Below, piece after piece: positions 34,997 through 45,576 of a stretch of DNA of 64,000 nucleotides (position 1 is the stretch's first letter; every line of letters starts with the position of its first letter). The DNA is taken from contig RFVF01000007.1 of assembly GCA_009922615.1 (NCBI GenBank), positions 30,006 through 94,005 on the forward strand, in the 5' to 3' direction. A program made the translations under genes and the position numbers. The notes below the pieces were generated by a model. It saw nothing but the letters and a program-made list of their open reading frames with translations, did no database searches and was not told the origin of the DNA. The stretch comes from Pseudomonadota bacterium (GTDB taxonomy: Bacteria > Verrucomicrobiota > Verrucomicrobiia > Limisphaerales > SXTU01).

Positions 34997-36529
34997 GTGA
35001 ACCGCGCCGACGCCATCGGCTCCCTGCAGGAGCAGCCCATGCTCTGGGACGTGCTCGTCATCGGCGGCGGCGCGACCGGTCTCGGCGTGGCCGTGGACGC
35101 AGCGGCGCGCGGGCTCAAGACAGCGCTCGTCGAGCAGAGTGATTTCGCGAAGGGAACTTCCAGCCGGAGCACCAAGTTGATCCACGGCGGCTTCCGCTAC
35201 TTGAAGCAAGGGAACATCGCGCTCGTGCGCGAGTCGCTTCACGAGCGCGGGCTGCTGCTGCGCAATGCGCCGCACCTCGTGCATCCGCTCAACTTCATCG
35301 TGCCGTGCTACCAATGGTGGGAAGCGCCCTACTACGGCCTCGGCCTGAAGCTCTATGACTGGTTCGCGGGCGGCCTCGGTTTGCAGTCATCGCGCCAACT
35401 CGAGCGCGACGAGGCATTGGGGCAACTGCCAAATCTGCAACCCGCCCATCTGCTTGGCGGCATCCGCTATCAGGACGGCCAGTTCGACGACGCCCGCCTC
35501 GCCATTGCGCTCGCACAAACGGCGACGACCCTCGGCGCGACCGTGGTGAACTACGTTTGCGTCGTGGCGCTGCTGAAGAAGGACGGCCGCGTCGCGGGCG
35601 CACGCGTGTGTGACGTCGAGTCGGGAAAGGAGTTTCCGCTGCACGCTCGCGTGGTTATCAACGCCACAGGCGTCTTCACGGACGCCGTGCGCCGCATGGA
35701 TGAAGCCAGCGCGCCGCCAATCATCGCCGCGAGCCAGGGCGTGCATCTCGTGCTGCCCCGCGAATTCCTCGGCGGCAACACCGCCATCATGGTCCCGCGC
35801 ACGGACGACGGCCGCGTGCTCTTCATCATTCCGTGGGAAGACCGCGTGCTGGTTGGCACGACGGACACCGCCGTTTCGGAAATACCCCTCGAGCCGCGCC
35901 CGCTCGCAACGGAAATCACCTTCCTCCTCGAACACGCCGCACAGTATCTCGCGAACGCTCCGGGGCGAAGCGACATCCTCAGCGTCACCGCCGGCCTGCG
36001 TCCCCTCGTGAAGCTGCCCGGCGCGAAGTCCACGGCTGCCTTGCCGCGCGACCACGTTGTGCTCGTTTCACCGGGTGGACTCATCACCATCGCTGGCGGA
36101 AAATGGACGACCTACCGCAAGATGGCAGCGAATGCGGTGGACAAGGCGATGGCCGTCGCCGGCTTGCCGACGAAGCCTTGCGTGACTGAAAGCTTGCGGC
36201 TCGCCGACACCCGGCACCGCAGCGGCCAGTCGGCGTCTGAAACCATCGCGAGCACCAGTGAAAACGGCCCCCGGTCGCGTCACCTGCATCCCGACCTTCC
36301 CTTGACTGCTGACGATGTCCTGCACGCTGCACGACACGAGATGGCACGAACCGTGGAAGACGTTCTAACCCGCCGCTCGCGCTCCTTGCTGCTCGACGCT
36401 CGCGCTGCGATGGAAGCCGCGCCCGCCGTGGCTGCGCTGCTGACGAAGGGCTTCGGTCGCGGCCCGGTGTGGGAAGCGGAGCAAGTCGCCCTCTTCCGCG
36501 AGCTAGCCCAAGGCTACCTGCCGCCCTGA
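34997..36529 (+). CDS. glpD: FAD-dependent glycerol-3-phosphate dehydrogenase
   Basis: IGGGATG, DFAKGTSSRSTKLIHGG, DGQFDDARL, GGKWTTYR. Confidence 0.92.
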   Translation: MNRADAIGSLQEQPMLWDVLVIGGGATGLGVAVDAAARGLKTALVEQSDFAKGTSSRSTKLIHGGFRYLKQGNIALVRESLHERGLLLRNAPHLVHPLNFIVPCYQWWEAPYYGLGLKLYDWFAGGLGLQSSRQLERDEALGQLPNLQPAHLLGGIRYQDGQFDDARLAIALAQTATTLGATVVNYVCVVALLKKDGRVAGARVCDVESGKEFPLHARVVINATGVFTDAVRRMDEASAPPIIAASQGVHLVLPREFLGGNTAIMVPRTDDGRVLFIIPWEDRVLVGTTDTAVSEIPLEPRPLATEITFLLEHAAQYLANAPGRSDILSVTAGLRPLVKLPGAKSTAALPRDHVVLVSPGGLITIAGGKWTTYRKMAANAVDKAMAVAGLPTKPCVTESLRLADTRHRSGQSASETIASTSENGPRSRHLHPDLPLTADDVLHAARHEMARTVEDVLTRRSRSLLLDARAAMEAAPAVAALLTKGFGRGPVWEAEQVALFRELAQGYLPP

Positions 36530-36629
36530 CCCCGTGCCGGCGGTTTCCAGCCGCCGCCCAACGTGTGGACTACAAGTGGCGTTCTCGAATAGTCGCCCGC
36601 CACCGACGGCGACTGGAAGTCACCGACCC

Positions 36630-36674
36630 AAAAAGAAACCCGGCCGCGGGGGGGACAGAGAAGCGCGACCGGGT
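36630..36674 (-). terminator. Putative intrinsic terminator of the beta-oxidation operon
   Basis: ACCCGGCCGCG / CGCGACCGGGT stem followed on the minus strand by a T-rich tract. Confidence 0.45.
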
Positions 36675-36702
36675 GCCGGGCTAGCCGCTCGGCTAGGCTC
36701 GC

Positions 36703-38634
36703 TCACTGCTTGTGAGCGACAATTCCTTCCTCCAGCCAGCCGAGCTGGCCGGAGAGAACGCCTTGCGCCAGCTTGTAGCCCGCAAGGTCAGCATTGTGAT
36801 GCAGGCCAGCGAAGTGCCGCGCGATGCGCAGCCGCGACTGCTGGCAGAAATATTCCACGAGCTGGAGCAGCGACTCCTTCTCTTCGAGGCTCTTCGCCGC
36901 TTTCAACTTCGCCTCGGCCCGCGCGGAGGTCGCAGTGAGAGCGAAGATTTCCGTGCCGATGTCCACGAAGCGGCCGAGTAGGACTTGTTGTTTCTCGAGC
37001 TTCGGGCCGTTGAGCACCATCGCGTGATAGAGCGAGCGGGCGAGGCGCTTGGCGGTGCGGCGGGCGAACTTGAGATGCTTCGCCAGCGGCGCACGGGCAG
37101 CCACGGAGCCAAAGGACGGCAGCCATTGCTGCGGATACCAACCGGCGTAGAAGAGTCCTGCTTTCATGGCGGCCCCGGCGCGCACGCCCAAGGGCAACTG
37201 CGAGTTCAGCACCGCGCCTGCCACTTTCAAGTGCGGATCGAGCGCCTCGCGCGCGATGAAGAGCCGCATGATTTCGCTGCTGCCCTCGAAGATAGTGTTG
37301 ATGCGGCAGTCGCGTAGAAAGCGCTCGACGGGCATCGGCTCCTCGCCGCGTTCCTTGAGCGACTGTGCCGTTTCATAACCGCGCCCGCCGCGGATTTGCA
37401 TCGTGTCGTCCACGATCTCCCACGCGCGCTCGCTGCCCCAGAGCTTGCACATAGCGGCTTCGAGGCGGATGTCGGCCTTCTTGTCGCGGTCCACGAGGCT
37501 TGCGGTGTAGAGCGTCATCGCCTCCATCGCGAAGATGTTCGCGGCCATGCGCCCGAGCTTGTCGGCGATGGCAGCGTGCTTGCCGATGGGCGCGCCCCAC
37601 TGCACGCGTTCGGCGGCCCACTTGCGGGAAACTTCGAGGCAACGCTTCGCGAGGCCGGTGCAAGCTGCGGGCAAGGTGAGCCGGCCCGTGTTCAACGTGG
37701 AGAGCGCGACCTTCAAGCCCTTGCCCTCGCCGAGAATGATGTTCGCGCGCGGCACCTTCACGTCGGTGAAGCGCACGACGCCGTTGTAGAGCGCGCGCAA
37801 GCCCATGAAGCGGCAGCGGTGCGCGATTTCGATGCCCGGTGTGTCCATATCCACGATGAAGGCCGTGACCTGCTTGCGTTCCTTGCCGTTCACGAGCTTC
37901 GGCGGCGTCTGCGCCATCACGACGAGCACGCCGGCCTTCAGCCCGTTTGTGCACCAGAGCTTCTCGCCGTTGATGACGAAGTGCTGGCCATCGGCGGTCG
38001 GCTCGGCGCGGGTCTGGAGCGTCGCGGGGTCGGAGCCGACGCCCGGCTCGGTGAGGGCGAAAGCGGAAATCTCGCCTTTCGCGCAGCGCGGCAGCCACCT
38101 CGCCTTCTGCTCGTCGGTGCCGAAGAGAATCAGCGGCTGCGGCACGCCGATGCTCTGATGCGCAGAGACGAGCGCGGCGAGGTTGCTGCAATAGCTGCCA
38201 AGCAATACGGCGGCGCGGCAGTAGTTCGTTTGCGACAAACCAAGCCCGCCGAGCTGTGGCGAAATCTTGATGCCGAACGCGCCGAGTTTCGCGAGACCTT
38301 CGATGACTTCGTCGGGAATCTCGCCGGTGCGGTCAATCTCGTCGGGGTCCACGTTCGCGCGGAGGAAGGCGTCCAGCCGCGCGAGGAAGGCATCGCCCTG
38401 ATCGCGGTCCTCGTGCGACTGCATTGGATACGGCAGCAGGCGATCCAGTTCGTAGCGGCCCATGAAGAGGTTCGCGGCGAAGCTGCCCTTCTCGGACGCG
38501 GCGTCGCGCGCGGACTCGGTCATCTCCAGCGCAGCGCGCTGGCCGGCGTTCATTTTCGAAGTGTCAATTACCTGCGCGGCGTCGTCAGGCGGCGTGGGGC
38601 GAGGTTCCATGGTGGGAGGTTCAAGCGTCTTCAT
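36703..38634 (-). CDS. Acyl-CoA dehydrogenase (long, VLCAD-like)
   Basis: AFALTEPGVGSD, INGEKLWCTNG, QIRGGRGY, IFEGSSEI; ATG at 38634 overlaps the upstream stop. Confidence 0.92.
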   Translation of the reverse strand: MKTLEPPTMEPRPTPPDDAAQVIDTSKMNAGQRAALEMTESARDAASEKGSFAANLFMGRYELDRLLPYPMQSHEDRDQGDAFLARLDAFLRANVDPDEIDRTGEIPDEVIEGLAKLGAFGIKISPQLGGLGLSQTNYCRAAVLLGSYCSNLAALVSAHQSIGVPQPLILFGTDEQKARWLPRCAKGEISAFALTEPGVGSDPATLQTRAEPTADGQHFVINGEKLWCTNGLKAGVLVVMAQTPPKLVNGKERKQVTAFIVDMDTPGIEIAHRCRFMGLRALYNGVVRFTDVKVPRANIILGEGKGLKVALSTLNTGRLTLPAACTGLAKRCLEVSRKWAAERVQWGAPIGKHAAIADKLGRMAANIFAMEAMTLYTASLVDRDKKADIRLEAAMCKLWGSERAWEIVDDTMQIRGGRGYETAQSLKERGEEPMPVERFLRDCRINTIFEGSSEIMRLFIAREALDPHLKVAGAVLNSQLPLGVRAGAAMKAGLFYAGWYPQQWLPSFGSVAARAPLAKHLKFARRTAKRLARSLYHAMVLNGPKLEKQQVLLGRFVDIGTEIFALTATSARAEAKLKAAKSLEEKESLLQLVEYFCQQSRLRIARHFAGLHHNADLAGYKLAQGVLSGQLGWLEEGIVAHKQ

Positions 38635-40844
38635 AACAACACTCCTTTCTCGGGGTAGAGTTTTCCGTCCTTCGCAGCCAAATCTTTCAGCAGGGCGCAG
38701 GGGGCGAAGCGCTCCTCGCCTTCGTCCATCAGCTCGTTCATCGCGCGCACAACGTTCGCCACACCGACCGTGTCCGCGTGGCGCAGCGGGCCGCCACGGA
38801 ACGGCGCGAAGCCCGCGCCCATGATCATCGCGAAGTCCACGTCCTCCGGCCCGCTCACGATGCCCTCCTCCACGCAACGCGCGGCCTCGTTAACCATGAG
38901 CAGCACCATGCGCAGCTCGAGGTCCACGTGGTCGAGGTTCGCGGCAGAATCATCCTTCACGAAGCGCGCTGCGTCTTCACTTGGCACCGCTTCCTTGCCG
39001 CGATGGAGATAAAAGCCTTCGCCAGACTTACGCCCGAGCTGACCGCCCTTGACCAAGCGCGAGAGAACTTCCGGCACAGCCATGCGCCGGTGGTAGTGGC
39101 TCGCGAGCGTCTCAGCCACATGCAGGGAAACGTCCGTGCCGACTTCGTCCACCAAACGCAGCGGGCCCATTGGCATCCCGAAGTCGAGCATCGCCTCATC
39201 GAGGTCCGTGACCTCCGCGCCGGCCTCGAAGAGCCGCGCCGCCTCGACGAGATACGGCATGAGCACGCGGTTCACGACGAAGCCGGGGCTGTCCTTCACC
39301 AGCACGGGGAGCTTGCCCATCGCTTGCACGAACTTCAGCGCGCGCCGCACGACCTCCGCGTCCGTGCGCGGCGTGTGGATGATCTCGACGAGCTGCATCC
39401 GATGCACCGGGTTGAAGAAGTGGATACCGACGACTCGTTCGCGAGCGGTGAGACTGTCGGCCAGCTCGGTGACGGAAAGCGCCGAGGTGTTCGTGGCGAG
39501 AATCGTGTCCGGCCCGGCGAGTTGCTCCAGCTTGCGGAAGATGTCTTTCTTCAAGTCCATCTTCTCCACGGCGGCCTCGATGATGACATCGGCGCCCCGG
39601 AGTGAAGGCAGCTCGACGACCGGAGAAATCCTGTCCATCGCTGCGCGCGCCTCGACGGGCGTGAACGTGCGGCGTTTGGTGCCATCGGCGAAGAGCTTGG
39701 CGATGGTGCACATGCCGCGCCCGACAGCATCAGCGTTGATGTCGCGCAGCATCACAGACACGCCGCGGGCCGCAAGCCACTGCGCGATGCCCGCGCCCAT
39801 CACGCCCGCGCCAATAACGGCGGCGCGCTCGACGCGGCGGGGCGCGGCTGCTTCTTTGCGTTCATTTCCGAAGCCCAGCTTCTTCGCCCGCTCCTGGAGG
39901 AAGAAGACGCGAATCAAATTCTTCGCCGCCTCCGTCTGCGCGAGCTGGCAAATCGCGTCGGCCTCCAGCTTCAACGCGCGTTCCTCCGAACGGCCCACGC
40001 CGAGCGTCACGACTTCGAGCGCCTTCAGCACGGCGGGGTAGTGGCCGCGTGTCTTCTTGAAGAGCTTCGGCTGCGTGAGCATGGAAATCAGGTTGCCCGC
40101 GATGGCGTTATTCGTGGCCTTCACCGCGAATGGCACGGCGCGATGCGGCTTGCGACCCGCCTTCGCGACTTTCGCCAGCGCGACGGCGAGCAAGCTCTCG
40201 CGCGGCACGAGGTCGTCCACCATGCCGAGTTTGAGCGCCTGCTTCGCAACAACCGTCTTGCCGGCGAGGATGAGGTCGAGCGCCTTGGGCAGGCCGACGA
40301 GGCGCGGGAGCCGTGTGCTGCCGCCCCACGCGGGGAGGATGCCGAGTTGGACTTCGGGCAGGCCAAGCTTCGTGGCCTTGTCCGGCGTGGCGAGGCGGAA
40401 GTCGCACGCGAGACAGACCTCAAAGCCGCCGCCAAGCGCCGCGCCGTGAATCGCGGCGGCGGTCGGCAGTGGCAGCGCGGCGAGCCGACTGAAGACGCGC
40501 TGGCCAAACTCGACCATCTCGCGCAGCGCGTTCATCGGTGCGGTGGAGAGCGAGTGCAGGTCCGCGCCGGCGATGAAGATGCCGGGCTTCGCGCTGGTGA
40601 GCACGACGCCGCGCAACGTGGGGTCACGCTCGATGGCGTCGAGGTGGGCGTTTAGTTCCTCCAGCGTGGCGCGATCGAAGATGTTCGCGGCGGAATCAGG
40701 CCGGTCGAAAGTCAGGATGGCGATGGCGTCAGCCGTGACTTCACGGCGGATGTTGCGGAACTCGCGCGGGACGGGAGATAGCTTTGATTCGTTCATCACG
40801 TTCAGGGAGAGTTGCGCGGATGCGGGTAGAATGGCAGTGCTCAT
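38631..40844 (-). CDS. fadJ: Fatty acid oxidation complex alpha subunit (enoyl-CoA hydratase / 3-hydroxyacyl-CoA dehydrogenase), FadJ-like
   Basis: FIAGADL, LGLPEVQLG, GAGVMGAGIA, HFFNPV, PGFVVNR, PMGPL; ATG at 40844. Confidence 0.88.
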   Translation of the reverse strand: MSTAILPASAQLSLNVMNESKLSPVPREFRNIRREVTADAIAILTFDRPDSAANIFDRATLEELNAHLDAIERDPTLRGVVLTSAKPGIFIAGADLHSLSTAPMNALREMVEFGQRVFSRLAALPLPTAAAIHGAALGGGFEVCLACDFRLATPDKATKLGLPEVQLGILPAWGGSTRLPRLVGLPKALDLILAGKTVVAKQALKLGMVDDLVPRESLLAVALAKVAKAGRKPHRAVPFAVKATNNAIAGNLISMLTQPKLFKKTRGHYPAVLKALEVVTLGVGRSEERALKLEADAICQLAQTEAAKNLIRVFFLQERAKKLGFGNERKEAAAPRRVERAAVIGAGVMGAGIAQWLAARGVSVMLRDINADAVGRGMCTIAKLFADGTKRRTFTPVEARAAMDRISPVVELPSLRGADVIIEAAVEKMDLKKDIFRKLEQLAGPDTILATNTSALSVTELADSLTARERVVGIHFFNPVHRMQLVEIIHTPRTDAEVVRRALKFVQAMGKLPVLVKDSPGFVVNRVLMPYLVEAARLFEAGAEVTDLDEAMLDFGMPMGPLRLVDEVGTDVSLHVAETLASHYHRRMAVPEVLSRLVKGGQLGRKSGEGFYLHRGKEAVPSEDAARFVKDDSAANLDHVDLELRMVLLMVNEAARCVEEGIVSGPEDVDFAMIMGAGFAPFRGGPLRHADTVGVANVVRAMNELMDEGEERFAPCALLKDLAAKDGKLYPEKGVLL

Positions 40845-42136
40845 AACGCCTCCAGCCAGATGGCTGCGCCTTGGCCGCCACCGACGCAGACGGACACGAG
40901 CGCGCGTTTTTGGTTTCGCCTTTTGAGTTCCCGCAGGCTCGTCAGCACCAGCCGCGCGCCGGTCGCGCCGACGGGATGACCGAGTGCGATGGCCCCGCCG
41001 TTCACGTTGAGTCGGTCGCGGCGGATTTCGCCGACGGGATAGGCGCGGCCCAGCATCTTCTTCGCAAACTTCTCGGACTCGCAGCACTTGAGCACGGCGA
41101 GTGTCTGCGCGGCGAAAGCCTCGTTGATTTCCACGAGGTCGGCATAGCCCACGGCGAGGCCGGTCTTCTCCTCGGCCTTCGCGATGGCGAAGACGGGACC
41201 CAGGCCCATGCGCGTGGGGTCGCAGCCGGCGTAGGCGTAGCCGAGCAACGCGCCGATGGGCGTGAAGCCAAGCTCGGCGGCGCGCTCCTCGGTCATCACG
41301 AGCAAGGCGACCGCGCCGTCGGTGATTTGCGAGGCGTTGCCGGCGGTGACGGTGCCGTGGTGCCGGTCAAAGACGGGGCGGAGCTTCGCGAGGGCTTCCA
41401 TCGTCTGCGATTCGCGCACGCCGTTGTCGGCGGTGATGGGCTTGGTGTTCTTGCCCGAGGCCAGCGTGGGGAAAACGGGACAAATCTCCTCGGCCAATTT
41501 GCTCTTCGCGGCGGCGGCGCGCTTGTGGGATTCGAGGGCGAACACGTCTTGCTCCTCGCGCGACAGTCCGGACTCGCGAGCGAGCAACTCAGCGGTGTCG
41601 CCCATGCCCATGCCGCAGACGGGGTCGGTGAGGCCGAGTTGAAGCGTGATGCGCGGGTTGAAGTCGGCGAGGCGGAACTCCGCAAGGGCCGAGGCTTTTT
41701 CGAGGAAAGATTTGGCGCGGCCGAGCTTGGCAAACTTCGCCGCCGCCGTCTTCGTGTAGAGCAACGGATAGTTGCTCATGCTTTCCGCACCACCAACGAG
41801 GAAGATGGAGCCGCGCCCGGCGGTCATCTTCTCGTAAGCCTGTGTGAGCGCTTCGAGACCGGAGGCGCAGTTGCGATGCACGGTGATAGCCGGGACGGCC
41901 TCGGAGATGCCGGCGCGCAGGGCGATGACGCGCGCGACGTTCGCGGCATCAGCAGGTTGGCCGACGCAGCCGAAGATGACCTCGTCAATGAGCGCGGGAT
42001 CAAGGCCGGTGCGAGTGAGTAGGGCTTGCGTGGCGATGCGGCCCAGCTCATCCGCGCCGAGCGCGGCGAGGTCGGAGCCCATTTTGCAGAACGGCGTGCG
42101 GATGCCGTCCACGATGACGAGGCGAGGAGTGCTCAT
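40841..42136 (-). CDS. fadI: Acetyl-CoA C-acyltransferase (thiolase), FadI-like
   Basis: RTPF, NCASG, EINEAFA, NGGAIALGHPVGATG, CVGGGQG. Confidence 0.85.
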   Translation of the reverse strand: MSTPRLVIVDGIRTPFCKMGSDLAALGADELGRIATQALLTRTGLDPALIDEVIFGCVGQPADAANVARVIALRAGISEAVPAITVHRNCASGLEALTQAYEKMTAGRGSIFLVGGAESMSNYPLLYTKTAAAKFAKLGRAKSFLEKASALAEFRLADFNPRITLQLGLTDPVCGMGMGDTAELLARESGLSREEQDVFALESHKRAAAAKSKLAEEICPVFPTLASGKNTKPITADNGVRESQTMEALAKLRPVFDRHHGTVTAGNASQITDGAVALLVMTEERAAELGFTPIGALLGYAYAGCDPTRMGLGPVFAIAKAEEKTGLAVGYADLVEINEAFAAQTLAVLKCCESEKFAKKMLGRAYPVGEIRRDRLNVNGGAIALGHPVGATGARLVLTSLRELKRRNQKRALVSVCVGGGQGAAIWLEAL

Positions 42137-43653
42137 GCGGGCTCCTTTCTAAGCGGACTGGCCGCGACAGGCACGCTGTTCTTCGGCCGATGGTCCACGA
42201 GCTTCTGCTCCTTGAGCTGCACGCCGACGCCTTGCAGGTCGCGCATTTGCTCGGCGTTATGGAATTCGATGCGGTTGGGCGTGATCTCGCAATGCGTCAT
42301 GAGGCGCGTGCGAAGGTCGTGCGTGAGATGGTCGTCATCCGCGCCGTTGGTCTTCTGGATATGCAGAACCAACTCGTCCACTTCGAGTGGGTCGTCGTGG
42401 AGCTTGCGCAGCTCAATTTGCCAAGCGCCGACATTCGGAGCGTCGTCGAGGACGTGTTCGAGCTCGTTGAAGTCGACGAGCGTGCCCTTAATTTTGTCGA
42501 GCTGCACTTCCTTGAACGCGGAGCTGCGGGAGATTTTCCCGACGAGGCGCGGAACTTGGCGCCCGCAATGTGGGCAGGCCTCGTAGGTCAAACCGCCGTC
42601 AATGTAGTCGCCGGTGCGGTAACGCAGAACAACCGTCCCGCGCGAGTCGAGCGGGGTGAAGACAATCTCGCCGGGCTGGCCGTTCGGCACCGGCTCGCCG
42701 GTCTTTGGGTCCACGACTTCGATCACGCCAAGGTCAGGGTAGAGGTGGTAGCCGCTGGGCGTTTGGTCCACGGGGACGGGGCATTCGGCGAAGGCCATCT
42801 TCGCCTCGGTGAAGCCGTAGGTGGTGACGACGTCGAGTTCACGCGCGCCGAGTTCGAGGGCGAGGTTGCGAAGTTTCAGGCGCATCCCATCGGGCACCTT
42901 CTCGCCGCCGAGCACGATGCGATGGAGATTCTCGCATCGGACGCCTTCCTCCGCTGCTTGATGCAGGACGTGATAAACGAAGGTCGGCATCCCAATGAGC
43001 ACGTCAGGGCGAATCTTGCGGAGGAAGCGAAGCTGGCCCTCGGTGCCCATCACCTTCCCGCCGCCGGTGCTCGCGGTGAACACGCCGAAAGCCGTGCTGC
43101 CGCAGTGCGTGAGCCAGAACGCCAGGTGCGGCGCGTAGGGGAACATGTTCAGGAGCTTGTCCTCGCGGTGCGCGCCGCATACGCCGAAAACGCGCTCGCC
43201 GGCGAGCTGGAGATTCGCAAGGTCGTGGTTGGTGTAGAGGAACGGCACGGGGTCAGCGCTACGCCCGGTCGTGCTCGTGAGGAAGATGGGACGAAACTCG
43301 TTTTCAAAACCGTCCGCCACGGCTTTGCGCCCATGCAGCAATGCGCCAAGAATGCTGGAGGGTCGGCGGGAAAGCACATTGCGGTCGGGCACGAGCAGGA
43401 AGTCGCGGACTTTCGCCGGGTTGTCGGGCGTGTTGAGCAGATCGGCCTTGCTGGTGAACGGCAGGCGACGCAAATCGTCGAGTGAGCGGAAGTCAGCGGC
43501 GGTGAGCTTGAGCTGGCGGAACAGCTCGCGGTAGTGCGCGGAGAAAGGCAGCACGGTGTCGCGTAGCCAGCGATGAAGGCGCTCGGCTTGGAGCGTGCGG
43601 ATGGTGGCCTCAGGCAGCCGCTGCCAGTTCGTGGTGAGGAGCTTGGTGTTCAT
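42133..43653 (-). CDS. Phenylacetate-CoA ligase (PaaK)-like AMP-forming ligase
   Basis: LPFTSKADL, TSTTG, YGFTE, LRYRTGD, IKG. Confidence 0.8.
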   Translation of the reverse strand: MNTKLLTTNWQRLPEATIRTLQAERLHRWLRDTVLPFSAHYRELFRQLKLTAADFRSLDDLRRLPFTSKADLLNTPDNPAKVRDFLLVPDRNVLSRRPSSILGALLHGRKAVADGFENEFRPIFLTSTTGRSADPVPFLYTNHDLANLQLAGERVFGVCGAHREDKLLNMFPYAPHLAFWLTHCGSTAFGVFTASTGGGKVMGTEGQLRFLRKIRPDVLIGMPTFVYHVLHQAAEEGVRCENLHRIVLGGEKVPDGMRLKLRNLALELGARELDVVTTYGFTEAKMAFAECPVPVDQTPSGYHLYPDLGVIEVVDPKTGEPVPNGQPGEIVFTPLDSRGTVVLRYRTGDYIDGGLTYEACPHCGRQVPRLVGKISRSSAFKEVQLDKIKGTLVDFNELEHVLDDAPNVGAWQIELRKLHDDPLEVDELVLHIQKTNGADDDHLTHDLRTRLMTHCEITPNRIEFHNAEQMRDLQGVGVQLKEQKLVDHRPKNSVPVAASPLRKEPA

Positions 43654-45310
43654 GGGCGGGTTCCTTTCGATTCACCAGTTGCTTGATGTCCGCGAGATTT
43701 TCCTCGGCCACGCGGCGGCCAAGGGAAATGTATTTGCTGGGGCTGGAGAAATCGTGCCAGCGGGAGTCACAGGCGAGCGGGCGGAGGACGACGTCTGCCT
43801 GACGGCAAGCATCCTCGGCGGCCCGAATTTGCCCGCCGATGACGGCGCGCTGGGTGACGTCGAGGATGTTGCCGTAGGCGAAATAGTTGATCTGCTGGTT
43901 GAGCAGGTGGAGGAAACTGAAGCCGCGCCGCCGCACTTCGACTTGCTCGCGCTCGTGCTCGCGGGCGCAGCGCAGGAAGGCCGGCGTGGGAATGATGTTC
44001 ACGGCGATGACGCGCTCAACGCCCGCCTCGCGCAGCACGTCCACGGGCAACGGATCGCTCACCCCGCCGTCAACGTAAGTATCGCCATTGATCTGGACAG
44101 GCACGAACACGCTGGGAATCGCGCAGCTCGCGTGGACCGCTCGGCTGACCTGGCCTGTGCTAAAAACCACCCGCTCCAAAGTGTCGAAGCGCGTCGCCAC
44201 CACGTGCAGCGGCCGCGCGAGTTGCTCGAAGCGCGAGTCCCCGATACTGCGCTCGAGCCGCTCGCGAATCGCGTGCCCGTGAATGAAACCCCGGCGCGGT
44301 GGGAACGCGGGGTCAATCAACTTGAGCAAGCCCCACTTGCCCTCCAGCTCGCGGGCTTTGCGGCCTAGGAATTGCCCATCGTGTCCAAAAGCCCAGAGCG
44401 CGCCGATGTAGGCACCCATGCTCGTCCCCGCGACGACATCCACCTCGATGCCGTTCTCCTCCAGCACTTGCAGCACGCCGACGTGAGCGAGGCCCTTCGC
44501 GCCACCGCTGGAGAGCGCCAGGCCCACACGGCAGCGGCCGATCTCGCGCGCGAGCCGACGGAGGTCGAACTTGAACGCCGTCGGCCACACGCCGCCGCAA
44601 TGCGAATGGAGCGCATCCATGTTGGCGGGCGACTCGTGCAAGTTCAGGTGCGCGGGCTGGCCAATTTGCTTGATGAAGTCCTCGGCGGGTTGCGGCACCT
44701 CACCATGTTCGAGGCAGAGCAGGAGCTTCAAGTCCGTCTTTATTCCGTCGCGCGCGGCGCGCAGCTCGCGATCGAGCTGGTTGAACTCGAAGAGGCTGTC
44801 AACGGTCTGTTGCACGAGCACGTAGGTCGCGGAGGAACGGGCTACCGCCTCGGCGAGCGCCTGACGCGGGGCGTTGGCATCCAAGAGGAGCAGCACTTGG
44901 TCGAAATGCCGCCCGCAATGGCCAAACACAGCGGAGAGGAACGGCCGCTCCGCCGATTGGTTTGTCACGCGAAGGGTAAGCCGATCAAAACTGACGAGGT
45001 GCTCCAGTTGCTCGGCAAAGGCAAACCCGTTGTTTGGCATCGAATGAAGCGGGTTCCAAACTTTTGCCGCCGCTCCGGTCTCGGACGGCACCATCTGGAC
45101 GAGCAACACCTTCTGGCCGGTGACGGAGTTTACCATCTGCGCGAGTGACTCCGCGAGCAGGCGATCCGGGAACCGGCGGGAAGCGGAGGCGAGGGTGGTA
45201 AGGCGCCCCGTATGGAAGAATGAGTGCTGGGGCGGGCGGGCGAGCGAGGACAGCAGATCGGCTTTCCTGAGATCCCAAATTGACGCTTCAGTTGGATGCG
45301 ACGCAGGCAT
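43610..45310 (-). CDS. Patatin-like phospholipase with degenerate MinD/ParA-like N-terminal region
   Basis: LSSGGAKG, GTSMG, DGG motifs in the C-terminal half; start uncertain. Confidence 0.85.
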   Translation of the reverse strand: MPASHPTEASIWDLRKADLLSSLARPPQHSFFHTGRLTTLASASRRFPDRLLAESLAQMVNSVTGQKVLLVQMVPSETGAAAKVWNPLHSMPNNGFAFAEQLEHLVSFDRLTLRVTNQSAERPFLSAVFGHCGRHFDQVLLLLDANAPRQALAEAVARSSATYVLVQQTVDSLFEFNQLDRELRAARDGIKTDLKLLLCLEHGEVPQPAEDFIKQIGQPAHLNLHESPANMDALHSHCGGVWPTAFKFDLRRLAREIGRCRVGLALSSGGAKGLAHVGVLQVLEENGIEVDVVAGTSMGAYIGALWAFGHDGQFLGRKARELEGKWGLLKLIDPAFPPRRGFIHGHAIRERLERSIGDSRFEQLARPLHVVATRFDTLERVVFSTGQVSRAVHASCAIPSVFVPVQINGDTYVDGGVSDPLPVDVLREAGVERVIAVNIIPTPAFLRCAREHEREQVEVRRRGFSFLHLLNQQINYFAYGNILDVTQRAVIGGQIRAAEDACRQADVVLRPLACDSRWHDFSSPSKYISLGRRVAEENLADIKQLVNRKEPAHEHQAPHHELAAAA

Positions 45311-45576
45311 TTCCGTCTTTCTGAGCGACGGCGGCCGCGGAAACCATCCACGCTTAACCCATCCGGCTTCCCGGCTGACGGTCGCTGCCTTTCAAGGCTT
45401 GGCTATGCTCTGTAACCATTTTGCTTCTCTGTCTTGGGGCAACATACCGCAGATTACGTGCCCGTCAAATTTGAGAAGGCAGGGCCAACGCCTCACTCGA
45501 CACTGAGTCCACACTCTAAAGTCGGCACCGGCGGTTTGCGCCACGCCGGCCACAGGACCTTGGACCTTGGACTGTC

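Noticed and set aside
38631-41087. Upstream-extended starts in the ORF track (e.g. 41087, 38877, 51404, 52150, 14477, 17462, 57156)
   Set aside because: The extensions overlap neighbouring genes. Downstream starts give signal peptides or ATGA/GTGA coupling.
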